From an uncultured Ruminococcus sp. (lineage in GTDB: Bacteria; Bacillota; Clostridia; Oscillospirales; CAG-272), in the NCBI GenBank assembly GCA_964629225.1, contig CAZVQC010000004.1:32766-96765 (forward strand): DNA of 64,000 bases, given 5' to 3'. Both the position numbers and the translations under genes were made by a program. Each line of letters starts with the position of its first letter. The stretch's first letter is position 1. Shown piece by piece: positions 9,502 through 17,642 of this stretch. The notes beneath the pieces were generated by a model. It worked only from the letters and a program-made list of their open reading frames with translations. It searched no databases and had not been told where the DNA came from.

Positions 9502-9743
9502 TATGAAAACCATTAAAAAAAGCCCTCAAAAGGCTTTTTTTGTTGGTAATTTGAGCAAGAACTCCGTTTTTTTCACATTTGTGCCCCGTTTTTACCCTGC
9601 CCCAAGTCCACACTCTACAAAAACGGGCAAGCCTCGACGTCGGTGTTCGGTGGCGTGGTAGATCGGCTATGTCGGTTGAGGGTTGCTGTCGGAGTGTCGG
9701 TGCCGATGGCGGTACGGGTCTTGGAAATGGAAGTTGGGATGTT

Positions 9744-10622
9744 TTATCCGTTTTCTGCGCCGAGGTATCTTTCGTAATAGAAGAGGTACTGTTGGGCGAT
9801 GCCTCTGTATTCTCCGAAGGAGGCGGCGTCGAAATCCTTTGTGAAGCGGTCTGTAAGGACTCTTTTTATCCAGACGTCCACCGGAAAGGCATCGTATCTT
9901 TCAAAGCCGAACAGCAGGCTGCAGGCGGCGACTTTTGTGCCGACTCCCTTCACCGAAAGCAGAGCAGCTTCCGCATCCTCATATTTTTCAAGGGAGGCGA
10001 TGGCATCAAGGTCCACTTTTCCCGATGAGACTTTTTCGGCGGCATCCGCTATGTATTTTGCCCGAAATCCGGTCTTCAGTGCGAAGAGCTTTTCCTCCCC
10101 CGCCATTGCAAGGGCACGTGGGGCGGGGAAATCGTATGCTCCGCCGATATCTTCCCCGAAGGTCTCGCACATGGAGGCGATGATCTTTTTTATTCTGGGA
10201 ATGTTATTGTTTTGGGAGACAATGAAGGAGCAGAGGGCTTCCCATCTGTCCTGCCTCAAGATCCTGATGCCCTGTGAGGCACTTTCGGCACGGGTGATGA
10301 AGTCAAGATCCTCCGGTGCCGTCACATCCTTTTTGATGCTTTTGCCGATGGCGGTATAATCGATATCCAAGGCGAGGTATTTCTCCCACAGAAGAAAGTC
10401 TTCCTCGGTAGCTCCTATGATGAACAGTTCTCCCGGCTCATTTTGGGCAAAGGTGACCCGTCTGCCCCTTGCGACCCCGGCAAAGGCGACCTTGTATTCC
10501 TCAAGGGAAACCGGATCAAAGCGGAAGCACTGTCCGCAGTCAAAGGTCTTGAACACCGAGAAGTCACCGGTGCCGCCGATACGGAGGGTATTGTTTTTGT
10601 CTGAGATGATATAGGGTGTCAT
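9744..10622 (-). CDS. 8-oxoguanine DNA glycosylase (OGG1-like, HhH-GPD)
   Basis: TFDCGQCFRF, SQNNNIPRI, GFRAKY, HhH VKGVGTKVA, FPVDVW, AQQYLFYYER. Start moved to the ATG at 10622 (GAGG RBS) to avoid overlap with mnmE. Confidence 0.92.
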   Translation of the reverse strand: MTPYIISDKNNTLRIGGTGDFSVFKTFDCGQCFRFDPVSLEEYKVAFAGVARGRRVTFAQNEPGELFIIGATEEDFLLWEKYLALDIDYTAIGKSIKKDVTAPEDLDFITRAESASQGIRILRQDRWEALCSFIVSQNNNIPRIKKIIASMCETFGEDIGGAYDFPAPRALAMAGEEKLFALKTGFRAKYIADAAEKVSSGKVDLDAIASLEKYEDAEAALLSVKGVGTKVAACSLLFGFERYDAFPVDVWIKRVLTDRFTKDFDAASFGEYRGIAQQYLFYYERYLGAENG

Positions 10623-10635
10623 TTCTGCCTCTTTC

Positions 10636-12027
10636 TTATTTTCCAACACAGAAACGGCTGAATATGGATGATATGATATCCTCCGAAACGTCTTTGCCGT
10701 CCACCATTCTGACTTCGCTGAGGGCATCCTCGCAAAGCACCCCCACTGCATCCAGCGCCTCGTCCCTCTCAAGGGCGCCCTTCGCCTCAAGGAGAAGCTC
10801 CGCCGCTCTGTCAAGGGATGCCTTTTGGAGGCTGTCCCATATCAGCGCATCGTTTGAGAGGGACAGTCTTTCGCTGTTGAAAAGGGATGATATCGTGCTT
10901 TTGAGGTCTTCAAGTCCGGTCTTTTTCTCTGCGGAGAGCGAGACGGTATTTTCAAAGGTGTCGGCAAGAAAGGTAAGGTCTTTTTCCCCAAGAGCCGAGT
11001 CAAGGTCGGACTTATTGATGATGCAGATCTTCTCGCAGTCAAGTTTTTTTGTTTTTTTCGCAAATGCTTTTTCCTCAAGTGTCAAGGGACATGATGCATC
11101 CGCAACGAACAGTATCAGCTCCGCATTTTCTATTTTTTCAATTGCCCGCTCAATTCCTATCTTTTCAACGGTATCATCGGAATCGTGAAGCCCTGCGGTA
11201 TCGGCAAGCCTCAAGGTGACTCCTCCCACGTCGGCGGTGTCCTCAAGGATATCTCTCGTAGTACCGGCAACGGAGGTGACGATTGCCCTATCCTCCCCCA
11301 AAAGCAGATTGTAAAGGGAGCTTTTTCCCGCATTGGGCTTTCCGCAGATGACAGTCCTCACCCCTTCGGAGACCGCTTTGCCTGTCTTGTAGGTGTCGCT
11401 TAACTTTTTAATGTTTTTCAGTGTCTCCGAGACGGCATCACAGATGGTCCTCTCGCCCTCGTCGCCCACGTCCTCTTCGGGATAATCTATTGCCGCATAA
11501 AGCGCTGTCATGGCATCGAAGAGCTTTGATGAGATATCCGCAAGGCGGCTTGAGAGATTTCCCCTCACTGCCCCTGCCGCAAGCTCCGCACGGCTCTTCG
11601 TGTCCGCATCGATGAGTTTTCCCACAGCCTCTGCCTCGGTGAGAGTCATTTTTCCGTTGACGAAGGCTCGGCGGGTAAATTCACCCGGGCCCGCAGGCTC
11701 CGCTCCCGCCGCAAATACTGCGGACAGCACCTCCCCCGTCACATAGATGCCGCCGTGACAGGACAGTTCCGCCATGGACTCTCCGGTGAAGGATCTCCCC
11801 TCTCCGTAGAGCACGCATATGCCGGAGTCGATGGGCGCTCCGTCTTTGATGATATCTCCGTAGACCGCAGTGCGAAGGGGGATATCACGCTTTTTATTCT
11901 TCGGTTTGAAGCATTTTTCAACTATTCGCCCCGTATCGGGGCCGCTTATTCTGATGACGGATATGCCGCCCTTGCCGTGGGGGGTTGAAACGGCGGCTAC
12001 CGTTGCGAAGGGATCCTTGACGTACAA
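10636..12027 (-). CDS. mnmE: tRNA modification GTPase MnmE
   Basis: SFTGE, CHGG, GEFTRRAF.NGK, GKPNAGKSS, GTTRD, DTAG, NKSD, C-terminal FCVGK. Confidence 0.97.
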   Translation of the reverse strand: MYVKDPFATVAAVSTPHGKGGISVIRISGPDTGRIVEKCFKPKNKKRDIPLRTAVYGDIIKDGAPIDSGICVLYGEGRSFTGESMAELSCHGGIYVTGEVLSAVFAAGAEPAGPGEFTRRAFVNGKMTLTEAEAVGKLIDADTKSRAELAAGAVRGNLSSRLADISSKLFDAMTALYAAIDYPEEDVGDEGERTICDAVSETLKNIKKLSDTYKTGKAVSEGVRTVICGKPNAGKSSLYNLLLGEDRAIVTSVAGTTRDILEDTADVGGVTLRLADTAGLHDSDDTVEKIGIERAIEKIENAELILFVADASCPLTLEEKAFAKKTKKLDCEKICIINKSDLDSALGEKDLTFLADTFENTVSLSAEKKTGLEDLKSTISSLFNSERLSLSNDALIWDSLQKASLDRAAELLLEAKGALERDEALDAVGVLCEDALSEVRMVDGKDVSEDIISSIFSRFCVGK

Positions 12028-12040
12028 TTGGCACCTCTCA

Positions 12041-12358
12041 TCAATAATCGTGGTTTCCGGTGAGTTTTATTATCTTCGAAATATTGTCATCTTTTGCGGC
12101 CTTGTTGCGCCGTATCTCGCCGCAGCTTTCACATTTGTGGATGATGACGTAGCCCTTTTGGGGGGATACGTCCGCTCCCACCGGTCGGAGGAGTCCTCCG
12201 CAGTCCGATGCCCTATCTCCGGGGAAGACGTCCAAATGGAGAGACCATAGGCAATAAGGACAGTGGTTCCTCGATGTGTAGCCCAAGGGTGAGACCTCTC
12301 TTTTGCAATGGGCGCAGACGAAGCCGCTGTCGTTTTTGGTGAATTTCTTCTGTTCCAT
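12041..12358 (-). CDS. RNHCP domain-containing protein (putative Zn-binding)
   Basis: FVCAHC, RNHCPYCLWSLH, PGDRASDCGG, HKCESCG. Confidence 0.9.
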   Translation of the reverse strand: MEQKKFTKNDSGFVCAHCKREVSPLGYTSRNHCPYCLWSLHLDVFPGDRASDCGGLLRPVGADVSPQKGYVIIHKCESCGEIRRNKAAKDDNISKIIKLTGNHDY

Positions 12359-12446
12359 TTTGTTTTTCTTTCTTTTTTCCTTTTCGCGCATGATCCTTTG
12401 CAACTTGGGAAAAATGATCTTGATCTGATATTTTGGGGGTCTTAAA

Positions 12447-12764
12447 ATGAATACTGTAAAAATGGCGGTGAGCCTTTTGATCCTTTTCCTTTCCTTCTCG
12501 CTGCTGTCATTATTTCCGGTTTGTGCGTCGCCGGACGGTGTCTCGGTGGACGGCGGGGAGGAGATCTCCTCCTATGGTGACATTGCCGCAAGCGGAGAGG
12601 CGGGGCGCCGAGCGGTGTCTACAGTCGTGGATGAGCCCGACCTTCGATTCAAGTGCTTTGTGGTGCTTTTGATGTTAATATCCATCGGTTGCATAGTCAC
12701 TTTATTCTCCGTGGCAAATGAGGATACGGTGACAGTCAGAAGCGTTGGAGGGTCTCGATCATAA
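12447..12764 (+). CDS. Hypothetical small exported or membrane protein
   Basis: GGGGG RBS, signal-peptide-like N-terminus and C-terminal hydrophobic helix. 3' end overlaps the convergent CinA-family gene. Confidence 0.5.
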   Translation: MNTVKMAVSLLILFLSFSLLSLFPVCASPDGVSVDGGEEISSYGDIAASGEAGRRAVSTVVDEPDLRFKCFVVLLMLISIGCIVTLFSVANEDTVTVRSVGGSRS

Positions 12765-13236
12765 GAGCCATGGCCCGCTCTGCGGTCATGTGGCGGATAG
12801 CATCTCTTGAATGCTCCGCACCGAAGTGCTCCGTCAGTGCGAAGGCACCCTTTGGATGGGCGATGCCGAAGCAGACCGTTCCCACGGGCTTTTCGGTACT
12901 TCCTCCGGTGGGACCTGCGATGCCGGTGACGGATACGGAAATGTCCGCACCGGTGAGCTCTCTCACTCCGGTGCACATTTCAAGCGCAGTCTCCTCGGAG
13001 ACCGCTCCGTGCTTTTCAAGAGTCTCATGGGACACGCCCAAGACCTTTTCTTTAACGTGGTTGGAATAGGAGACTACTCCGCCGGCTATCACGTCGGAGG
13101 AACCGGGAACGTCTGTCAGCATCTTGGAGATGAGGCCTCCGGTGCAGCTTTCCGCAAAGGACGCGAAATACCCATTTTTTCGAAGGGCGAGTATTGTTTT
13201 TTTCGCAAGTGGGCTTTCAAATTCGATATTTTCCAT
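12736..13236 (-). CDS. pncC: CinA family nicotinamide-nucleotide amidohydrolase (PncC domain only)
   Basis: AESCTGG, PGSS, YSN..K, GAVS, TGIAGP.GG..KPVG. AGGAGG RBS before the ATG at 13236. Confidence 0.9.
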   Translation of the reverse strand: MENIEFESPLAKKTILALRKNGYFASFAESCTGGLISKMLTDVPGSSDVIAGGVVSYSNHVKEKVLGVSHETLEKHGAVSEETALEMCTGVRELTGADISVSVTGIAGPTGGSTEKPVGTVCFGIAHPKGAFALTEHFGAEHSRDAIRHMTAERAMALMIETLQRF

Positions 13237-13260
13237 GGTGCGCCTCCTTTTTCGATAATT

Positions 13261-13288
13261 ATTATAACACACTGACTTGAAAAGTCAA
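13261..13288 (-). promoter_or_regulatory. sigmaA promoter of pncC
   Basis: TTGACT-16 bp-TATAAT with extended TG. Confidence 0.6.
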
Positions 13289-13304
13289 GACGGCACGGGG
13301 CCGT

Positions 13305-13337
13305 AAAAAAGATCGGCAGTCTGTGCGCCGATCTTTT
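13305..13337 (-). terminator. Terminator after nrdG
   Basis: AAAAAAGATCGGCA-GTCTG-TGCCGATCTTTTT. Confidence 0.8.
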
Positions 13338-13344
13338 TGCCGTA

Positions 13345-14031
13345 TTACTCCATTCCCCGCAGCTCTGCATGGGGTATTCCCGTCCTTGCCGCCGCAAGGA
13401 GAGCCGTCATTTCTTCTTTTGAAAAGGGAGCTCCGAAGGACAGGATGTCTCCCGAATCCTTGAACTGTTGAATGAAATAACGGTCCACCTGTCCCAGCCA
13501 CCGTCCTATGGCGATAAAATCCGAAAAGGAGTGGATCCCTTTAACGGCGGTGGTGCGAAATTCGTATTCCACCCCGCTGTTTTTTATCATTTCAACGGAA
13601 CGCTCTATCCTTTTTACGTCCACGTCCGTTCCCACGGCTCTTGAGTAGCCCTCCCTTGAGGACTTGATGTCCATTGCAACATAGTCCGCAAGTCCGGTAT
13701 CAAGTATTCCCTCAAGCACTTCCGGCAGGTATCCGTTAGTGTCCAGCTTCGTTTTGAATCCCAGATCCTTGACCTTCTTCAGAAAAGCGGGCAGATCCTT
13801 TTGCAAGGTGGGCTCCCCTCCGGTAACGGCGACTCCTTTTAGGATGCCGTGCCTTGATGAAAGAAACTTGAAGAACTCCTCCTCCGTCACCGTCTCCTCC
13901 GCTTCAAGCGTGACAAGAGAAGCGTTGTGACAGAAGGGACAGCGGAAATTACAGCCGGGGGTAAAGACCGTGCAGGCGGTATGACCAGGAAAGTCAAGAA
14001 GTGTCAGTTTTTGCAGTCCGTCGATCTTCAC
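13345..14031 (-). CDS. nrdG: Anaerobic ribonucleoside-triphosphate reductase activating enzyme (radical SAM)
   Basis: GLQKLTLLDFPG, CNFRCPFCHN, TGGEP, KLDTNG, YEFRTT. Confidence 0.93.
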   Translation of the reverse strand: MKIDGLQKLTLLDFPGHTACTVFTPGCNFRCPFCHNASLVTLEAEETVTEEEFFKFLSSRHGILKGVAVTGGEPTLQKDLPAFLKKVKDLGFKTKLDTNGYLPEVLEGILDTGLADYVAMDIKSSREGYSRAVGTDVDVKRIERSVEMIKNSGVEYEFRTTAVKGIHSFSDFIAIGRWLGQVDRYFIQQFKDSGDILSFGAPFSKEEMTALLAAARTGIPHAELRGME

Positions 14032-14040
14032 GTGACCCTC

Positions 14041-15486
14041 TTATCTTACGGTAAATACCGTTCCGTTCGGAGTGTCGGTAATGTCGACGCCCATTTCGGA
14101 GAGCTCGTTTCTGATGGCATCCGCTGTGGCAAAATCGCGCGCCTTCTTAGCTTCCGTGCGACGGGCGATCATATCTTCGATCCTGATGGTGAATTCGTCC
14201 TTTTCTGCGACGGGAACTTCCTTTGCGGCTGATTTCTCGGCCTGCTTCTCTTTCAGCCTATTTGCCGCCTCAAACAGCCCCAGAGACATGACTTTTTCGT
14301 AGTCTTTGAGGAGAGCCGTCTTCGTTGCTCCGTTTGTCTTCGCTTTGAAGACGTTATAGATCTCGGTGATGCCGTTGGAGGTGTTAAGGTCTCCGCCGAG
14401 AGCTTTTTGGAACTTCGCCTTGTATTCATCGAATACCGCACTGTCCACCTCTCCGTCATTCTCGTTGACAGCCGCTAATTTTGCCACTATCTTATTGTAG
14501 GCTACCGCAGCGTTGTCAAGAGCTTCCCAGGAGAATACAAGGGACTTTCTGTAGTGCGATTGGAGGCAGAAGAGACGGTAGACGAGGGGATCGTAGCCCT
14601 TTTCCTCAAGGAGAGATACCGTCAGGAATTCTCCCTTCGATTTGCTCATCTTACCGGAGTTGGTATTCAAGTGGAGCACGTGGAACCACTGAGGGCACCA
14701 GGGGTGACCCAGATATGCTTCGCTCTGGGCGATCTCATTGGTGTGGTGGGGAAATGCGTTGTCGATACCGCCGCAGTGGAGGTCGAGATACTCACCGAGA
14801 TTTTTGACGCTGATGGCGGAGCATTCGATGTGCCATCCGGGATAGCCCACTCCCCAAGGAGAGTCCCACTTGAGTTCCTGATCGTCGAATTTGGATTTTG
14901 TGAACCAGAGAACAAAGTCAGTCTTGTTCTTTTTGTTTCCGTCCGCTTCGACTCCCTCGCGAACGCCCACTTCAAGGTCGTCTGCGTTGTGGTTGCCGAA
15001 AACGTAGTAGTTTTCGAGCTTTGACGTGTCAAAGTAGACGTTGCCTCCGGAGAGGTATGCGTAGCCCTTTTCCACCAAGGTCTCTATCATTTTTATGAAG
15101 TCCTCGATGCAGCTCGTTGCGGGAACTACCGTGTCGGGCTTTCTGATATTGAGTTTTTCACAGTCTGCGAAAAAAGCATCGGTGTAGTATTTCGCTATTT
15201 CCATTACCGTTTTATGCTCTCTCTTTGCCCCTTTGAGCATCTTGTCCTCGCCCGTGTCCGCATCGCTGGTGAGATGTCCCACGTCGGTGATGTTCATGAC
15301 ACGGTCCACTCGGTTGCCCTCGTATCTCAGGTATTTTTCCAGCACGTCTTCCATGATGTAGGAGCGCAGATTTCCTATGTGGGCAAAATGGTAGACGGTG
15401 GGACCGCAGGTGTACATCGTCACCCGGCCCGGCTCGTGAGTAACTAATTCATCTGCCTTGTGAGTCAGCGTGTTGTAAAGTCTCAT
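14041..15486 (-). CDS. cysS: Cysteine--tRNA ligase
   Basis: CGPTVY, HIGN, PGWHIEC, FPHHTNE, KMSKS. Confidence 0.98.
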   Translation of the reverse strand: MRLYNTLTHKADELVTHEPGRVTMYTCGPTVYHFAHIGNLRSYIMEDVLEKYLRYEGNRVDRVMNITDVGHLTSDADTGEDKMLKGAKREHKTVMEIAKYYTDAFFADCEKLNIRKPDTVVPATSCIEDFIKMIETLVEKGYAYLSGGNVYFDTSKLENYYVFGNHNADDLEVGVREGVEADGNKKNKTDFVLWFTKSKFDDQELKWDSPWGVGYPGWHIECSAISVKNLGEYLDLHCGGIDNAFPHHTNEIAQSEAYLGHPWCPQWFHVLHLNTNSGKMSKSKGEFLTVSLLEEKGYDPLVYRLFCLQSHYRKSLVFSWEALDNAAVAYNKIVAKLAAVNENDGEVDSAVFDEYKAKFQKALGGDLNTSNGITEIYNVFKAKTNGATKTALLKDYEKVMSLGLFEAANRLKEKQAEKSAAKEVPVAEKDEFTIRIEDMIARRTEAKKARDFATADAIRNELSEMGVDITDTPNGTVFTVR

Positions 15487-15597
15487 TCTTTTATCTCCCT
15501 GTTTTTGTCTTAGTTCTGTTTTTGTTTTTTTGTTAGCAACTGCATCCCGATCGCTTCGGCGTTCGGGATCGGCGCAGTCCGCACGGTATGAAGCCGA

Positions 15598-16554
15598 TCA
15601 AAACGGCCTTGTGCAGCCGCCCGGCAAAGAAGCGAAATACTGTCTCGGTGTTGCCGCCTTCTTATTTCGGTATTTTATGATCACGAGGGCAAAGCATCCA
15701 GCAGAAACAGCAGCCGATAGCGCAAAGGCGATGAGAAGCAGGAGGGGTATCTCCGACATCATAGCCACAAGATAGCTTCCCGCATTGAAGCCGAAGTGGA
15801 CGAGCATCGGTGCGATCACCGAGTCGCTCTCGTCATAGATCAGCGCAAGCACCGCGCCCACCAAGGACGTGAAGATGAAGGAGAGTACGTTTCCGTGGGC
15901 AAGTCCGAATACCGCGGCGGAAATAATGACAGCCGCATACTTGGGCATTATCCGCCTCAGTTTTCCAAAGCAAGCGGCACGGAAGATCAGCTCCTCAACT
16001 ATCGGAGCGCAGACGGCGGTCGTAATGAAATTGATGATGGGGTCTGCGTTTTCAAGATACTTGTAGGTGTCGTTGTAATTTTGGATGATCGTATCGGGAA
16101 ACGGGATGAACGCCATTCCGATGGAGATGAAATAGTTCAGCGCCACGCCCAAAAGGATAAGCACCGGTATCATTCCCGGAAGGGAAAAGCGGAGTCCGAT
16201 CTCCTCTTTCAGATCTTTTTTTCTTATCAAGCCGAACCACAAAAAGACCGCACCTGTGGCAATGACCGCACATATGATCGAAATATGTCCCGTGTAGGAG
16301 AGTAGCAGCTCCGTAAGCTGATCCGGATCCGAATAAACAGAGCCCTTCGCCATTTCAACGGCGTAGATGATCACCGTAGCGGCGATCGATACGACGTATT
16401 GGATGACCGTGTAGAGAAGGACGAACGCAATGCTTTGGAAAAAGCCGAGAACTATCCTTCCAAAGGACGGATACTTCGGCACGGTATTGCCGCAATAACA
16501 GCAGAATCTGCAATTGTCCGAAAGAATACTGCCGCATCTCTTGCATTTTTTCAT
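15598..16554 (-). CDS. CPBP (CAAX/Abi) intramembrane metalloprotease with N-terminal zinc ribbon
   Basis: CKRCG...CCYCG at the N-terminus, EELIFR, FGLAH, HFGFN, multiple TM segments. Confidence 0.9.
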   Translation of the reverse strand: MKKCKRCGSILSDNCRFCCYCGNTVPKYPSFGRIVLGFFQSIAFVLLYTVIQYVVSIAATVIIYAVEMAKGSVYSDPDQLTELLLSYTGHISIICAVIATGAVFLWFGLIRKKDLKEEIGLRFSLPGMIPVLILLGVALNYFISIGMAFIPFPDTIIQNYNDTYKYLENADPIINFITTAVCAPIVEELIFRAACFGKLRRIMPKYAAVIISAAVFGLAHGNVLSFIFTSLVGAVLALIYDESDSVIAPMLVHFGFNAGSYLVAMMSEIPLLLLIAFALSAAVSAGCFALVIIKYRNKKAATPRQYFASLPGGCTRPF

Positions 16555-16588
16555 GTCACTACCTCCATTCTGCCATCGGTCTCAAGTT

Positions 16589-16617
16589 ATTATATAACAG
16601 CGAATCAAAAATTACAA
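16589..16617 (-). promoter_or_regulatory. sigmaA promoter of CPBP-cysS-nrdG
   Basis: TTGTAA-17 bp-TATAAT. Confidence 0.55.
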
Positions 16618-16656
16618 TACCATCTTTGAAAATCAAAGCATCGAATGGGAAGAAAG

Positions 16657-17556
16657 TCACCTGTCAAGAAAAGCACAGGCTGCAAGGGCGGCGGTGGAGC
16701 CGTCGGCACAGGCTGTGGTTATCTGGCGAACTCCCTTTTCCCTGCAGTCCCCGGCGACGAAGATGCCGGGGGTATTGGTGAGGCATCTTTCATCACTTGC
16801 AAAGTAGCCTCTGTCGGAAAGGAGAGCCAGATTTTCAAAGGCTCCATTTTCCGGGATGAGACCGATGGCGATGAATACTCCGTCGCAGTCGATCTTTTTT
16901 TCTTCTCCTGACACGGAGATATTGACACCGCAAAGTCCGGTTTCGTCGGATATGAAGGAGGATACGGTGGCGTTTGTGATCACTTCAACGTTGTCCTTGG
17001 CCGTTAAAACATCGGCAAGCCGGGCCTCTCCCGTCAGTTCGGGAAGGTTTTGGATGACGGTGACCTTTTTTGACGTTTCCGAGAGAAGGATAGCTTCTTG
17101 AAGAGCGGAGTTTCCTCCTCCGACGACTGCCACGTTTTTCCCTTTGTAGAAGGCTCCGTCGCAGACTGCACAGAACGAGATCCCCTGTCCCACAAGTTCC
17201 GTTTCTCCGGGAATTCCCAGCATACGGTGGCGGACTCCGGTGGCGAGGATGACGGCACGGCATTCGTACTCACCGTCCTCGGTGACGACGGTCTTGACGT
17301 CCCCGTCTTTGACCGAGATCACTCGCCCCGGCTCGATCTCGGCTCCCTGCAGAAGCACCTGATCTATGAGGCGGTCGGCAAATTCGTTTCCGCTCATTTC
17401 ATTGAAGCCCGGATAATTCTCGATCTTCGGGGAGAAGGTTATCTGACCGCCGAAGGTGTCCTTTTCAATTACGAGCACGGTTTTGCCCGCTCTGCGAGCG
17501 TAGAGAGCGGCGGTGAGTCCCGCAGGACCTGCGCCCACTATTATGATATCGTACAT
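16657..17556 (-). CDS. trxB: Thioredoxin-disulfide reductase
   Basis: GAGPAG, ENYPG, CAVCDG active site, GGGNSA, AGDC. AAGGAG RBS before the ATG at 17556. Confidence 0.93.
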   Translation of the reverse strand: MYDIIIVGAGPAGLTAALYARRAGKTVLVIEKDTFGGQITFSPKIENYPGFNEMSGNEFADRLIDQVLLQGAEIEPGRVISVKDGDVKTVVTEDGEYECRAVILATGVRHRMLGIPGETELVGQGISFCAVCDGAFYKGKNVAVVGGGNSALQEAILLSETSKKVTVIQNLPELTGEARLADVLTAKDNVEVITNATVSSFISDETGLCGVNISVSGEEKKIDCDGVFIAIGLIPENGAFENLALLSDRGYFASDERCLTNTPGIFVAGDCREKGVRQITTACADGSTAALAACAFLDR

Positions 17557-17642
17557 AACTATCTCCTTACAGTGACGAAAAGGGGGATCCGACCGAAGCA
17601 CACCGCCGCGGCAGATCCCCCTTCGGGTCTTATTCTTTCATT

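Noticed and set aside
9540-9558. Possible Rex operator upstream of nifJ
   Set aside because: TTGTTGGTAATTTGAGCAA has the wrong spacing and several mismatches to the 18-bp Rex palindrome.
10623-10814. Extended N-terminus of the OGG glycosylase ORF
   Set aside because: It overlaps mnmE, and an ATG with an RBS exists at 10622.
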